DNA of 64,000 nucleotides, taken from Azolla caroliniana. Lineage: Eukaryota; Plantae; Polypodiophyta. A program made the position numbers and the translations under genes. The stretch spans positions 6,820,001 to 6,884,000 of the forward strand of contig JBHGNT010000010.1 of the NCBI GenBank assembly GCA_043228905.1. Direction: 5' to 3'. Below are positions 1 through 12,979 of the stretch, one piece after another. Position 1 is the stretch's first letter, and the number at the start of each line of letters is the position of its first letter. A model generated the notes under the pieces. It made no database searches. It was not told where the DNA came from and was given only the letters and a program-made list of their open reading frames with translations.

Positions 1-45
1 AATAAATAAATCGACTTGCGTAATAAAGGGGAATTAGTTATTCTT

Positions 46-785
46 GTAACTAGCTAACTATCCTAGTAGCTAATTAGATGTTCTAGTAGCTTATTAGCTA
101 TTCTAGTAGTTAATTAGCTATCATGGTAGCTAATTAGCTGTCCTAGTAGCTAATTAGCTATCATGGTAGCCAATTAGCTATCCTAGTAGCTAATTAGACA
201 TCATGGTAGCTAATTAGCTGTCCTAGTAGCTAATTAGCTATCATGGTAGCTAATAAGCTATTCTAGTAGCTAATTAGCTATTCTAGTAGCTAATTAGTTG
301 TTATGGTAGCTAATTAGCTGTCATGGTAGCTAATTAGCTGTCATGGTAGCTAATTAGCTGGTCTAGTAGCTAATTAGCTATCATGGTGGCTAATTAGCTG
401 TCCTAGTAGCTAATTAGCTATCATGGTAGCTAATTAGCTTTCCTAGTAACTAATTAGCTATCATGGTAGCTAATTAGTTGGTCTAGTAGCTAATTAGCTA
501 TCATGGTGGCTAATTAGTTGGTCTAGTAGCTAATTAGCTATCATGGTAGCTAATTAGCTTTCCTAGTAGCTAATTAGCTAGTAATAACGAAATTAGCTAT
601 CCTAGTAGCTAATTAGCTGTCCTGGTAGCTAGTTAGCTATTTTGGTAGCTAATTATCTAGTAGTAACTAAATTAGCTATTGAGAATAGCTAATTAGCTAT
701 CATGGTAGTAGCTATTGAGAGTAGCCAATTACCTATGTAGTAGCTATCCTAGTAGCTAACTAAGGTAAATGTAATTGATAAGCTA
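46..785. repeat. 20-bp satellite (consensus ~TCCTAG/TCATGG + TAGCTAATTAGCTA), ~30 regular copies degenerating after ~580
   Basis: 20-bp periodicity is directly visible. The core TAGCTAATTAGCTA is a perfect 14-bp palindrome. The spacer often alternates tcctag/tcatgg. Confidence 0.95.
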
Positions 786-860
786 ATTAGCTTTTCTGCT
801 AACTGAGCTAATTAACTTTCCGTGTAGAGTCAAAACAAATGTTGAGATAAATGTAAATAC

Positions 861-1610
861 CTGAGGTACATCAAGAAGATGAATGGGATGCTCCTCGTAT
901 TGATTTCTTCCAACACGTTTCCTGCATAAATCCTTTTTATTGGGTGAAACCCTACTCTCATTAGTCCAAAACATTGTGATTACATCCTTGATTTCAAATG
1001 TTATGGGTGTCATTGGCTTACATCTTGTAGTTAGCTTTAGTAGACTAGTTCCTTCACCCGAGGAAATTATATGGTTCATTGTATTGTACACTGTTTTTCT
1101 ACTAACACCAATTACCTTAGATAGCTCATTGATGTTTATATCGTCAACATCACTATTAAGTAACATCATTAGACTAGACCTTTTTAAGACAAGATCATCT
1201 TCTGACCTGCTCATGGATACGAAACTATTACGAAGATTATTTACTAAAATAGATGATATATTTGCATTAAGACCATCACAATCAACTAAGTCCTTTATCG
1301 ATGGATCATTACATATTCCATAAAGTACTATCTTCTTTTCTTCATTGCTGATGTGCTTGGTTTGAACATTGAAATAGTCTACAACCTTTCTCTCTATGAT
1401 GGTAGTCGCATTACTTACATTCTAAGCTAAACTATCCTTACCTTTACTGAGTGTGGCTTTCGTATCCTTCAACAATTGACGATGTTTCCTTTTTTTTTCT
1501 GCCCAATAGTTTCGTATGGCTTGTTGTGTCTTGATAGCATCATCCCTATCCTTATGATCATTGAGGGGTAATTCTAAACACCCTTCTTCCCCTTCCATTT
1601 GGCTGGACAT
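861..1610 (-). pseudogene. N-terminal exon of a DNA-transposase-like protein (HTH + SRVSPNKKD motif), one premature stop
   Basis: ORFs 1422-1610 and 783-1214 are in the same frame; the 207 nt between them are open (NVSNATTIIERKVVDYF...NSFVS), so only TAG 1422-1424 breaks the frame. HTH-like NELSKVIGVSRKTVYN. Candidate donor CAG|GTATTT at 861/860, just before the satellite. Confidence 0.5.
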
Positions 1611-1834
1611 ATTAAAACCCTAAATTTCCAGAAAAAAAAACAAGTATTTAAGATGGCTATGGGCAACAACAATACACAAAAATATTCCACAATACACAAG
1701 ATTAGACACAACAATACACAAGATAATCAATAGACAGAAAAATTATTGCAATCCAAGACCGAACAGTAGAGGAGTTCACTCTGTTGGATCGAACAGTTGA
1801 GGAGGCGATCTAGGACCTACCAATGGCGACAACT

Positions 1835-2352
1835 GAGTGTAGAATGTTGTCGTTGGATGAGTGAACTCCGTCAAATCGAAATGTGGAAGCAATCCAGGAC
1901 TGGACAGTAGCGGCAACTGAGTGTAGAATGATGGAAATGGAGGAGAGAACCCCATCAGATTGAACAGTTACCGATGATGCTTGGAACGCACAAAGAAGGC
2001 ACCTGAGAGTAGAGTGGCACAGAGAAGAGAACCCCGTCAGATTGAACAACTCTTTGATGATGCTTGGAACGCATAGTAGCGGCCCCTGAGTGTAGAGTGG
2101 CACAGAGAAGAGAACCCCGTCAGATTGAATAGCTCTTTGATGATGCTTGGAACGCACAGTAGCGGCCCCTGAGTGTAGAGTGGCACAGAGAAGAGAACCC
2201 CATCAGATTGAACAACTCTTTGATGATGCTTGGAACGCACAGTAGCGGCCCCTGAGTGTAGAGTGGCACAGAGAAGAGAACCCCGTTAGATTGAACAACT
2301 CTTTGATGATGCTTGGAACGTACAATAGCGGCCCTTGAGTGTAGAGTGGCGA
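1835..2352. repeat. 83-bp tandem repeat (~4 near-perfect + 2 degenerate copies)
   Basis: GAGTGTAGAGTGGC(A/G) recurs at ~2006, 2088, 2171, 2254, 2337. Confidence 0.9.
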
Positions 2353-2850
2353 CAGGTGAACTCGATAGGGTTTAGCAACAATGGTAGCAACTAACCCACA
2401 ATACTCAATTAGAGATGGCCTACGTGATGTGGCAAAGGATCATGCATAATGGACCTAGGAATTCGATATATAATTTATGGTACACATTTATGGTGCACAT
2501 ATCAATTTATGTTGCACGTTTATGTTGCACATTTATGGCACTCATTTACATATGTAATTAAAACACTCTAGTATTTTCAATGGTAGTTTTTTGCATAGTT
2601 AATTTATTAATGATGGCTTTTTACTAAAATGACTATTTATGAATGGTAGCTTTTTGCATAGCTAATTAGCTATGTCAAGGACATAGCTAATTGTTTGCAC
2701 TCTCATGCTTTCACCCAGTTTTCTTCTAAACAAGGGGGAAATAAGGACTCTCGACATATATGTTTTCTTTTAAAAAAACATATATGGGCAAATGCCTTCA
2801 CATATCTCTTATACATAAAAACATTAAACATTTAAAAGGGACAAACCATT

Positions 2851-2915
2851 TGGTTAGCTCAAGTGATTAATGTATTTGTTCTCGAGGTCTCGAGTTCAAA
2901 TATGACCAAGACCAT
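2851..2915 (+). other. Degenerate tRNA-derived (SINE-head-like) sequence
   Basis: Box A-like TAGCTCAAGTG, box B-like GAGTTCAAAT, TGGT...ACCA ends; no intact cloverleaf. Confidence 0.45.
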
Positions 2916-3347
2916 ACGCCAATATTGATACATATGATTATAAAACATGTTTATACTTTAGGTCTAAGTGCACTTCGGGGTCCTCGTAATAGGATTTAAA
3001 GAGCCGAAACCACATGGGTGGGCACAGAGACATAGTTTATTGTTAACATTTCTTCGTGTATAAATTATTTATGCCGCGAACATACATGGTTGAGCCTCGG
3101 GGAGTTTCCATGAAAAAATCGATATAGAGATAGGGAAAGACATTCATTTGTCACCCCCATGGTTTTTAAAACACCTTTGTGTTACCATAGTAACTTGATC
3201 TTGAACCTCATCTCATATGTCTAGAGGGGTATTGACGTGAGATCATGATATCGATTAATGTTTGTCCATAATATGTTTACATCACGACATGATGTTATGA
3301 CTATTTTTCTGACCTTATCCTATTTCTGTGCCAGAAATTATCATTCA

Positions 3348-3953
3348 ATGGCTCATAATAATGACTCGATGACATCCACCCAAGCGGAAGGAATTCAAGG
3401 AAATCCTCCTACCAGGCCAATCCCCATTGAGTTGTATTTTTTACAAATACAAAATTTCCTTAATTCTTCCTTGGATAAAATTTCTGAACTTCGGCAATCT
3501 CATAGTGCTCTCAAGGCACGAGTCATTTGTATACAACGTGATATTAATAGACCTGATGAGCATCAAGGTGAACCATCGTTTGTCGTAAAGCCATTTACGG
3601 GAGAAAAAAAGGAAAGAATCGAAGAAGCAATTTGCACATGACTGGGCCGATGGGAGTCTTCTTTTGAGCTCTATCCAAAACCAGATAGTACAAATATTGC
3701 ATATGTCGGTTGAGAACTAGGGGGTAAGGCTATCGCATAGTGGCGTGGGCTCTACACTACGAGGAAATTGCCTAATACTTGGATAGACTTTGTCACAGTT
3801 TTCAAGGGTCAATTTCTGCAACCTCCATCTCGAACCAAGGCACCACAAGCTTTGATGAACCTCTCTAGCCGAAACTTTTCCTTGCTAGAAGACTATGTTC
3901 ACCATGCTAGAACCCAAATCCAAAAATTGGGTCTAGAAGGGGACAATTGGTGA
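3348..3953 (+). pseudogene. gag: Ty3/gypsy gag (capsid) remnant
   Basis: PFTGEKK...W...ELGGKAIA*WR...PNTWIDFVTVFKGQF read through stops; cut at 3955 by a copia LTR. Confidence 0.7.
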
Positions 3954-3954
3954 A

Positions 3955-5689
3955 TGTAAAAGTAAATATGCGGAAACTAAGACAAAACCATCTCAGCCGG
4001 ATAACAACAGAGAATAGAGACACGGGTTTAATGGAAACCTTACACGGGAGAGACAAAGAGAGCAGAATAATAAACTCAATTCAAAACAATATCAGTTTGT
4101 ACATACAATGTGCTCAGTGACCACTTTTATACAAGTCCTTAAAAGGACTTACAGAAGTACTGACAAGTACTTCAACACTCATACGAGCGACTGACACTGG
4201 CTCCTAAAAATATGCCTACGTACTAGGCTAGATTCATAGGCCTCTAACGACGTACCGGTTACAATCCGATCCGGCTCTGGTTCCGGACATTGATCCGGTT
4301 CTTCGTTCTAGACTCTGATCCGGCTCTGGCTTGTTCGACCGATCTGGATTTGGTTGAGCTTGTCTGGTCAACACTCCCCCTCAAGCTCAACTTGAGGTCG
4401 GATCATTGTGTCGGTGTCAGTGTCTACCGGTCTTTCCCTCTAGCTCCTCTTGGTGTCCTCCCGCCTAGCTCGCGCTCCCCGTCTAGTCCGGTTCCGCTTC
4501 CTATGACTTGTTCGGTCCCACGCATCTCGACCTTCTCGGTCGGCTTGTCTGCTCATAAGGCCCTTCTCAGCTCCCTTGCTGTTGCGACTTCGGCACTTCT
4601 CGACCCGTCGGTTTCTCTGTGTCGATGTCGACTTCCGCTTCCTTCTTGTAAGTTTGGCCTTCAGTTGATCTGGCTCCTTCGAATCGTACTCCTCTTCAGA
4701 ATCGGCTGCCTCCGATTCGTTCCAGCTCTTGTCTGAGTTGGTTGCCTCCGATTTGTTCCAGCTCTTGTCTGAGTTGGTTGTCTCCAATTCGTCCTGAATC
4801 TTCAGACCCTTCACGACATCAGACCATGTCTGTGTCTTGCTCTTTCAGGGTTTTCCTCCCCCTACTTCGGTTGGCTCCAGCTTGGGCTCTTTGTTCCGGT
4901 GGCTCCCTCTACGTCCGGTCTTGGCTTCTTCACTCATCCCATGCACTCCGATTTCCTTAGTCGGGCCGAAGTCAAAATCGGTTTCCGACTCAGTTTTTTG
5001 GTCATCTTTCTCATTCCTCCCCCTCAAGTTTGGCATATCGAGGTAGTGCACACCCAATGCACCAGAAAATTACCGCAACTTGTCTAAGCTGAGGGGTTTG
5101 GTGAAGATGTCAGCCACCTGCCGATCTGTCAGAACATACACTAGTTCCACTTCACCGGAGAGAACTCGCTCACGGATAAAATAATAGTGCACCTCAATGT
5201 TCTTAGTCCGGGTGTAAAAGATGGGGTTCTTTGCCAACTGGATGTTGTTGAGGTTGTCGCAATAGATCACCGTCGGATCAGACACCTCCACTCGTAGATC
5301 CTTCAGGAGCCTCTTGAGCCATATGGCTTTGCAGGTTACGACAACCGCTCCTTGGTACTCAGCCTCGGTGCTCGACAGTGCGATTGTCGGTTGCTTCTTA
5401 CTAGTCCAGGCAACCACAACGCTTCCAAGTGAAAACGCATAGTTGGATGTAGACCTACGGTCGCCAACATTTCCGGCCCAATTGGCGTCTGTGTAGCCAA
5501 CAAGATGTCCGGTTACACCGGTCTGATACAGAAACCTCCTGCCCTTAGTGTTGCTAACATACCTGAGTATTCGGTGCGTGCATTAAAGGTGCTCCACAGT
5601 CGAATGTGCCATGAATTGACTAATCAATCGGACTAGATAATTGACATCCGGTCGGGTGATGGTGAGATAGATAAGGCTTCCGAAATATT
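3955..5689 (-). mobile_element. 5'-truncated Ty1/copia element (RT C-term, RNase H, long 3' UTR, 3' LTR 3955-4373)
   Basis: GSLIYLTITRPD, GYTDANWAG and WTSKKQPTIALSSTEAEY...ADIFTKPL on the minus strand. PPT TTGAGGGGGAG (4374-4384) abuts TGTTG of the LTR. Confidence 0.9.
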
Positions 5690-6255
5690 TGAGAAGTTTG
5701 ATCATTCCTTGGGTTTGTTGGGTTTTTGCGAAAATCTCTTTGCAATTATTCCCAATTGATGACACCGTTTACTGATCTTCTAAAAGGTCAAACACATAAG
5801 TCTACAAAACCTATTGTATCGAATGCTTCCTCGAAGGGAAGGAATCACCACAACCTCGAAGGAATCCTTCCACATTTCTAATGGTCAGCTCTATCGTAAT
5901 GGGAAGGTTTGTGTTCGAAATTTGCCTGAGGTCAAAAAGAGAATTCTTTTTGAATACCATGATGCACCCTCTGCAAGTGACAGGAAATACGCGGAATAAT
6001 CTCCGGCAACAACCGAAGTGTAGATCACTTGATGACAATCGAACACAGAAGAAATGGGAATGGAGGTAAGTGCACGAATAGAAAAGAGAATACACAGGAT
6101 GTTAACGTGGAAAACCCCCGAGAGGGAAAAACCACGGGAGTCCACAGAGTCCAAACTATCACTATGCCAATGATTACAACAGGGAGCACAGAGGCAATGA
6201 CCTCCTGCTCACGATCTTCGCCTAACGGCGGTTACAACAGAGACATGCTCTGTAT

Positions 6256-6290
<35 letters not shown>

Positions 6291-6730
6291 TACAGTCATT
6301 ACACCAAATTACACTATACGAAGGTAACAACAACAACTCTTATACACTATTTTCCCTAGGTCACATTTATACCAATATGACATTAGAACTATTTACAGAT
6401 ATAGCCCCAATGGGCTCTCAGAAACATATCTACATATATGTCCCTTCATCCGGTGAGAGGTTCTCACCGGGCCTGCAACATCCGGTTCTCATCGGGTCTT
6501 CCTTGACGGGTACTCGTCATTTGGTTCTCATTGGGTCTGCATCATTCGATTCTCACCGGGTCTTCCTTGCCGGGTACTCCACATCAGGTTCTCACCGGGT
6601 CTGCATCATCCATTGCCGGGTACTCCGTATTCCATCCGGAGGGACCGAGATCCTAACAGCAAGGCACCATGGAATACATCGCACACCTGTTCTCATCTCT
6701 AGTCAATTCTATTGGCCTAAGATGTGTCAT
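5690..6730 (+). pseudogene. pol: Ty3/gypsy pol remnants (RT thumb, integrase zinc-binding domain) split by a solo LTR
   Basis: SFLGFVGFLRK...PFTDLLKG, then ILFEYHDAPSA | RHHGIHRT...FYWPKM on either side of 5978-6658. Confidence 0.75.
5978..6658 (-). mobile_element. Solo copia LTR
   Basis: TG...CA termini and a perfect 5-bp TSD GCAAG (5973-5977 / 6659-6663). The minus-strand start TGTTAGGATCTCGGTCCCTCCGGATGG resembles the LTRs at 34352 and 38475. Confidence 0.92.
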
Positions 6731-7019
6731 GAACAACGTTGTTTACATACACATATTTAACGTTTAAATACGTATAATATCTCAATGTTGTTTAGTCAAA
6801 TATCATGTATGTACTATACCTCAATGTTTGTATAGTACGTACTATACCTCAATGTTGTTTAGTCAAATATCATGTACATTTGTCCGATGCGGTATTTAAC
6901 ATACATTTGAAAAAAATAGGTATAATACGTATTTATAAACAAATGTAAGTAAAACCCTAACAAAAACCAAAAGAAAAAAAAGAGTTTAGTGAAAAAGAAG
7001 AAAAAAGGAGGAAGAAAGA

Positions 7020-7189
7020 AGAACAGAAGAGATGACGACAAAGAAGAAGAAGAAGAAGAAGAGAGAAAAGAACATAGAAACCTGTCTTGACTCTAAGTGT
7101 GATAATCGCCGGAGATAGAAGAAGAAAAAGAAGAAGTAGAAGAAGAAGAAGAAGAAGAAGAAGAAGAAGAATAATAAGAATAAGAAGAA
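7020..7189. repeat. (GAA)n-rich microsatellite
   Basis: Visible runs of GAA. Confidence 0.85.
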
Positions 7190-7392
7190 TGTTGAGAGTC
7201 GAACTCAACTTCCCATAGATAGGTTTCACACTAGCTCATGGACATGTTGGGCTAGTTTTGTAAATAGTAGAAAGGGCACTTGCCCTAGCTTAGTTGGTAT
7301 ATAAACCAACACATTGTAACTTAGTTACTGTTGGATATTTTATGTTTTGCTATATTTTTGGTTAATATACAATTTGTCTATCTCTGTCTTCA

Positions 7393-7436
<44 letters not shown>

Positions 7437-10400
7437 TGTTTTGATACACACAACGCACACTCATCTTCCGCTGCATTATAACCACTCTTGCCTCCTCATT
7501 TCTTTACATGGTATCAGAGCCTGTGGTTGCCTGATGAAGCCTATTCGACTGTGTTGTGCTGCACGCCGACGATCAACAGAACCGGCCCATCAACAGAGAA
7601 GAAATCATCATGAATACTAAAATGGGAAGCGCTCTTCCTACCGAGAAGCTCAATAGAATGAACTTTGCATCTTGGGAATACAAGATGCATCAATATCTTG
7701 TCGGACAAGGCTACTGGAGCTACATCGAAGGAGCTCACGAATCACAACCCAACCCAACACACACCGACTATCCCGCTTGGGAGTAGGCCGCAAGCCATGT
7801 GTTGTATTGCCCTGCATCATGCATTCATGATCATATGCTTGGCTATATTCGAGAGGCAAAAACGTTGAAGCAGACGTGGGAAAACCTCAAGAAGATTTTC
7901 GTAGCCAATACGGCCGCATGAAAGCTCCAACTTCGACAAGAACTAAACAATCTTCAACAAAGGGACATGTCAATCGGAAATTACACCTTAAAGATCAAGG
8001 AGTTGTGCGATGCTCTTGGATCGATCAATGTTAGCATTTACGACAAAGAAATGATGCAGATATGCCTCGGTGGCTTGGCACTGCGATTTGGTGCAATAAG
8101 ATCGGCCGTTCCCGCGAGAGAGAATCCTCGTTCCTTTTTTGATCTCCAATCATTGTTGCTAGTCGAAGAGAATCACGTGCGTCAAAGGAACAATGCGCAT
8201 GACGGACAAATGCTATATTTGAACTTCGATGGAAGAAGAGGACAGAACTATGGAAGGAGAGGTCGGTTTGACCAAGGTCGACACAACCAAGAGCGTAACT
8301 CCCACCAATGGCAAGCGGACAGAAACGGCCCCAAAGAGTTCGGCGGAAGGGGGAGTCATCACGCTGGACCAAGCAACCGTAGGAACCTAGTTGGGTGCGG
8401 GTACTGCGGAAAACCCAACCACTACGAAGAGGAGTGTCAGAAGAAGAAGCGTGACCAAGGCCGACAACTAACAAATTACGCCACGAACTCCGACTACGGT
8501 GACCACGCCAAAATGTTCATAATGAAGCACGAAGCGCACTCAATGTCCGCACTTGCGTCAACTACCGCTTCCACTCCGAACAACGTATGGTTTGTCGATT
8601 CGGGAGCATCCAATCACATGACGTCCCATGAAGATTGGTCCCGGATATGTCGAAACAGGAGATGACACGACTCAGCCAATACAACATATCGGGAACGTCC
8701 CATTCGGAAACGATGGCAAACAGACCTATCTCAAGAATGTGCTGCATGTCCCCATTATTACGAAAAACCTAGTCTCGGTTGGCCAGATTGTCGAACAAGA
8801 AATGCAAGTACTCTTCAATAATGACGGATGCTTCATCGAAAAAGGCGATCAAGTCGTAGCTCACAGCTGACGAGAAGGCCGTATGTTCATCTTCGAATCG
8901 AGCGAGGTAAAGTCGGCCATGTACGCAAAGGGCCTGAAAGTCGAAACTGACTTAAAACTGTAGCACAAGAGAATCGGCCACATTAATCTCTAGAAACTAC
9001 AAAACATGCAATCGAAAGGAGTCATAATTGGACTCTTGAACTTTACAGTGAAGTAGATTACAAGCGTATGCGAAGCAAGTCAGTTCGGAAAGCAACGCCA
9101 TCACCCATTCCCTAACGAGCGGAATGTGAGAAAAGGGATCCTAGATGTAATACATTCAGATGTATGGGGACCAACCCAAACAACTACATTCAGTGGATGC
9201 CGATACTATATCATGTTCATCGACGAATTCTTTAGGAACACCTGGATCTATCCGATGAAGTAGAAGAGTGAAGTGTTCAGGCACTTCCAGACATTCAAAG
9301 CCGAAGTCGAAAATACTATGGGTCGGCATGTATGTTGTCTTCGATCAGATGGAGGCAAAGAATATTTTTCGAATGAATTTACGGCGTATCTCCGAAAAGA
9401 AGGAATCCGACGAGAGTTCTTGTGTCGACACACGCCTCAGCAAAACAACGTAGCAGAGCGTAAAAATCGCCATGTAGTAGAAGTTGCACGAGCCATGATG
9501 AACGAGAAGAACCTGCCAAAATCATATTGGGCAGAAGCGGCAAATACAACCGTATATCTCATGAACAAGTGCACAACCTCGGGAGTACACGATATAACTC
9601 CGCATGAGAAGTTCTTCGGAAAGAAGCCGGACTTGTCACATGTCCGCATTTTCGGCTACGTACATATTCCCGATGATACGCGACAAAATCTTGACCCATA
9701 GATGGAGCGAAGAAAGCCATACTCCCCACGGATTGAGAGCTACGTCGATCCACATGTGAAAAGAACCCCGTAAACCGCTATGGCTACGACGAGTACATGG
9801 CGTATCACTACGTTTTTATGATGAAAGTAGCGTCAGTACGGGAACCGGAAACACTTTCCGAAGCCGCAAAGGATCTGCGATGGGTCAACGGGATGAATGA
9901 GGAGATGGAGGCTTTATGCAAAAATGAGACATGGGATCTCGTTCCTCTCCCCCCGAACAAGAAAGCAATTGGCTGCAGATGGATATACAAAGTAAAGTAC
10001 AATGCCGACGGATCCATAAATCGCTTCAAAGCACGACTCGTTGCGAAAGGCTACGTGCAAACACATGGCATAGACTACGAAGAAACCTTTGCCCGGGTGG
10101 CAAAGATGACAACTATACAGACAGTAATTGCACTCACCGTAGCGAAGGGATGGCACCTCCACCACATGGACGTGAAAAATGCTTTCCTCCAAGGAGAGTT
10201 AGAAGAAGAGGTGTACATGATGCAACCACCCGGATTCGAATCGCGTAAACATCTGCATGCCGTATGCTGACTCAAGAAGCCACTCTATGGCCTCAAACAA
10301 GCACCGCGTGCTTAGCATTCGAAGATCACACAATATCTTCATCAAGTCGGATTTCGGATGTCAAAATCTGATACTTCTCTGTACATCCGAAATGAGTTGG

Positions 10401-11195
10401 ATAGCCCGATTGTCATCATCCTTTATGTGGATGACTTGGTCATCAGAGGAAAGGATCTCACCGAGATTAACAAAGTCAATTCACTTCTTTCCGGCAGATT
10501 CGAAATGAAAGATCTGCACGAGCTCCATTACTTCCTAGGTATTAAAGTAATTCGGACACCAGTAGGAATAATAATCTCTCAATGACACTACATTCTCAAC
10601 TTACTCTATAAGTTCGGAATGGCTGAGTGCAAGCCTATGTCTACCCCTCTTGATCATAATCTCAAGATCGATGCCAATTCCGGAATCGCTGAGAACAAGC
10701 CGACTCAGTATCGACAACTGATCAGTAGTTTAATCTATCTGACCATTACGCGACTCAACCTCAGTTATTCGGTCGGCCTACTTAGCCAGTTTATGTAGAA
10801 TCCGCGATATCTTCATCTGGACTGCGCTAAGAGGATACTTCAATATGTCAGTACAACAATGGACTGCAACATTATGTACAAGACGAATGCGATCATTCGA
10901 CTCGAAGGGTACACAGATGCAGACTGGGCAGGATATAAAGCAAACAGACAATCCACATCCGGATTCGTCTTCTCTTTGGGTAGCGGAGCGATCTCCTGGT
11001 GTAGTAAGAAGCAGCTGATAGTCGCACTGTCGAGCACGGAAGCCGAATACAACGGCACAACAGTCTCCGCATGCGAAGCTGTCTGGCTCAAACGCGTACT
11101 AAAGGATTTGGGCGTACCCATCAAGGATCCAATTCGTCTCTACTACAACAACATGAGCAGTATCTACCTGGCGCGGAACCCCATATTCCACGCAC

Positions 11196-12408
11196 TATCG
11201 TGAAGATTTGTCATTACGTGCGGATCGTGAGGCGGAACCGGTAGGGTTTTGGATCGGAAGGATTCGAAGTTTGCATTAGCTTTAGCGAGAAAGTATTTAA
11301 GATAGAGAGAGAGATTGAGATAAGATAGGATGCTTGACTTTAGATTGAGAAAGATTGAAATGGAGAGAGAGATTAAGATTGAACCCTTTACTTTAGCTTT
11401 GAGGAACAAGATATATCATCAATTGGATAACAAATTTTCTTCTTAATATTAATTTTGATATAAAGTACAAAGTTTGCTTGATTAATACCTCCCCTTTTGA
11501 TCTTTTTCAACTACTCTTTTATAGATGCCCCCATGCATATGATGCATGTGAGGCTACAAGACATGCATACAATGCATGGAATGCATGTGATGCATGTTTG
11601 CCAGTTGGCGCTCATGCATTAGATGTGATGCATGATAACCATGTCACTCAATCAAGCTCTAATATGAGAATTTACATGTAAAAGTATAATGATAGAAAAA
11701 ACATTTGTAAGCAAATGACTTAGCTTAGTGGTTAGTCTACTGCCTCCTATCTTGGAGGTGCAAGGTTTAAGCCTTGCTTGCATCCCTTTGATTACAAATT
11801 TCTAATAGGTTTTTTAGTCTAGATGATTTTGTTCGTTCCACATCGAAATCGTCGCAATCAACCTATCTGATCAATCTGTCTATCTGGTCCGCTTCCGACC
11901 TAGTGATCCGGTCTATCCGTTCCGGTTTCGGTTCCGTCGTCGTTCAGTGCCGGTGTCGGTTCCGGTTCCGGTTCCATCGTCGTCGTCGTCCGGTTCCGGT
12001 TTTGTCCAAAACAATTTTTGAATAACTTGGCCGCATCCATTCTTCCAAGTTATACAACCCAACCCTTTTGTGCTCCTAGCACATAGATGAAATGTAAAGA
12101 GATATGGCTCTAGATATATACTCTTGCATCCTGATGTTGTCCTATCTATGTGGGATATCTCACAATTTTGTTTTTCCTCTTCTTTTTCTCAAACTTCACA
12201 CTCACATAACTTGACATTTAGTTGTCCGTTTCAATGTAGTAAAGTACATTTGGAAGCTCTTGAGGACCTTCATCTTTTTGTACCAAGATATTAAACTAGT
12301 ATAAAATAGTATCTTCACTATTATTGTTTTATGTTATGCGTGAAGAACCACACTCGATTTTGTACATTCCATTCAATTTTCACACCGTTGCCGAAAATCT
12401 TTATGACA
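11196..12408 (-). mobile_element. Solo gypsy (Phygy-like) LTR inserted in copia RNase H
   Basis: Interrupts PIFHA|RTKHIEV. Reverse-complement homolog of LTR 57906-59084. Flanks GCAC/ACGC are both one G>A change from GCGC. Confidence 0.88.
11716..11787 (+). promoter_or_regulatory. tRNA-like Pol III module, antisense to its LTR
   Basis: Box A TAGCTTAGTGG; stem CCTCC/GGAGG; T-arm GCAAGGTTTAAGCCTTGC. Confidence 0.7.
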
Positions 12409-12940
12409 ACGCGGACTAAACATATCGAAGTGCCTTACCACTTCATCCGCGAGCGCGTACAGGCCAGAGAGATCGATCTACACCATACCAATATGCACCT
12501 CCAAGTTGCTGATATATTTACGAAGGCCTTAGGAGTCGGCAAGCTTGGGCAATTTGCATCGGACCTTGGTCTCGCGACATCTACATTATCGAACTTGAGG
12601 GGGAGTACAAGTACAGGCGACACGCAACACATACGCAATTGATAGAGTACACGAGTACGGAACACAGTCGACTAAACAAGTTGAAGTACGAACCGAACAA
12701 CCTTCTCGACAGATAGAAGTTGTGTTCGAAGGGGCGTGTTGAGAGTCGAACTCAACTTCCCATACATAGGTTTCACACTAGCTCATGGACATGTTGGGCT
12801 AGTTTTGTAAATAGTAGAAAGGGCACTTGCCCTAGCTTAGTTGGTATATAAACCAACGCATTGTAAATTAGTTATTGTTGGATGTTTTATGTTTTGATAT
12901 ATTTTTGGCTAATATACAGTTTGTCTATCTCTGTCTTCCG

Positions 12941-12979
<39 letters not shown>

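Larger units (their letters stand above)
7610..12642 (+). pseudogene. gag-pol: copia gag-pol (Gag, CCHC, protease, GAG-pre-integrase, integrase, RT, RNase H) with stops, frameshifts and deletions
   Basis: CGYCGKPNHYEEEC, WFVDSGASNHM, LRSDGGKEY, FKARLVAKGY, LYVDDL, GYTDADWAG, ADIFTKAL. Confidence 0.95.

Noticed and set aside
3552-3600. Hammerhead ribozyme (CTGATGAG)
   Set aside because: No GAAA after a stem II and no closing stems; it lies in gag coding sequence. No retrozyme-type core was seen in the LTRs by eye.
6725-6960. LTR starting TGTCATG at ~6725
   Set aside because: No partner end or TSD found; the AT-rich host (6725-7189, 13087-13446, 14035-14109) is left unassigned.
6957-7229. Hydrophobic membrane-protein ORFs (also 42743-43240)
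   Set aside because: Antisense translation of GAA/GA-rich simple sequence.
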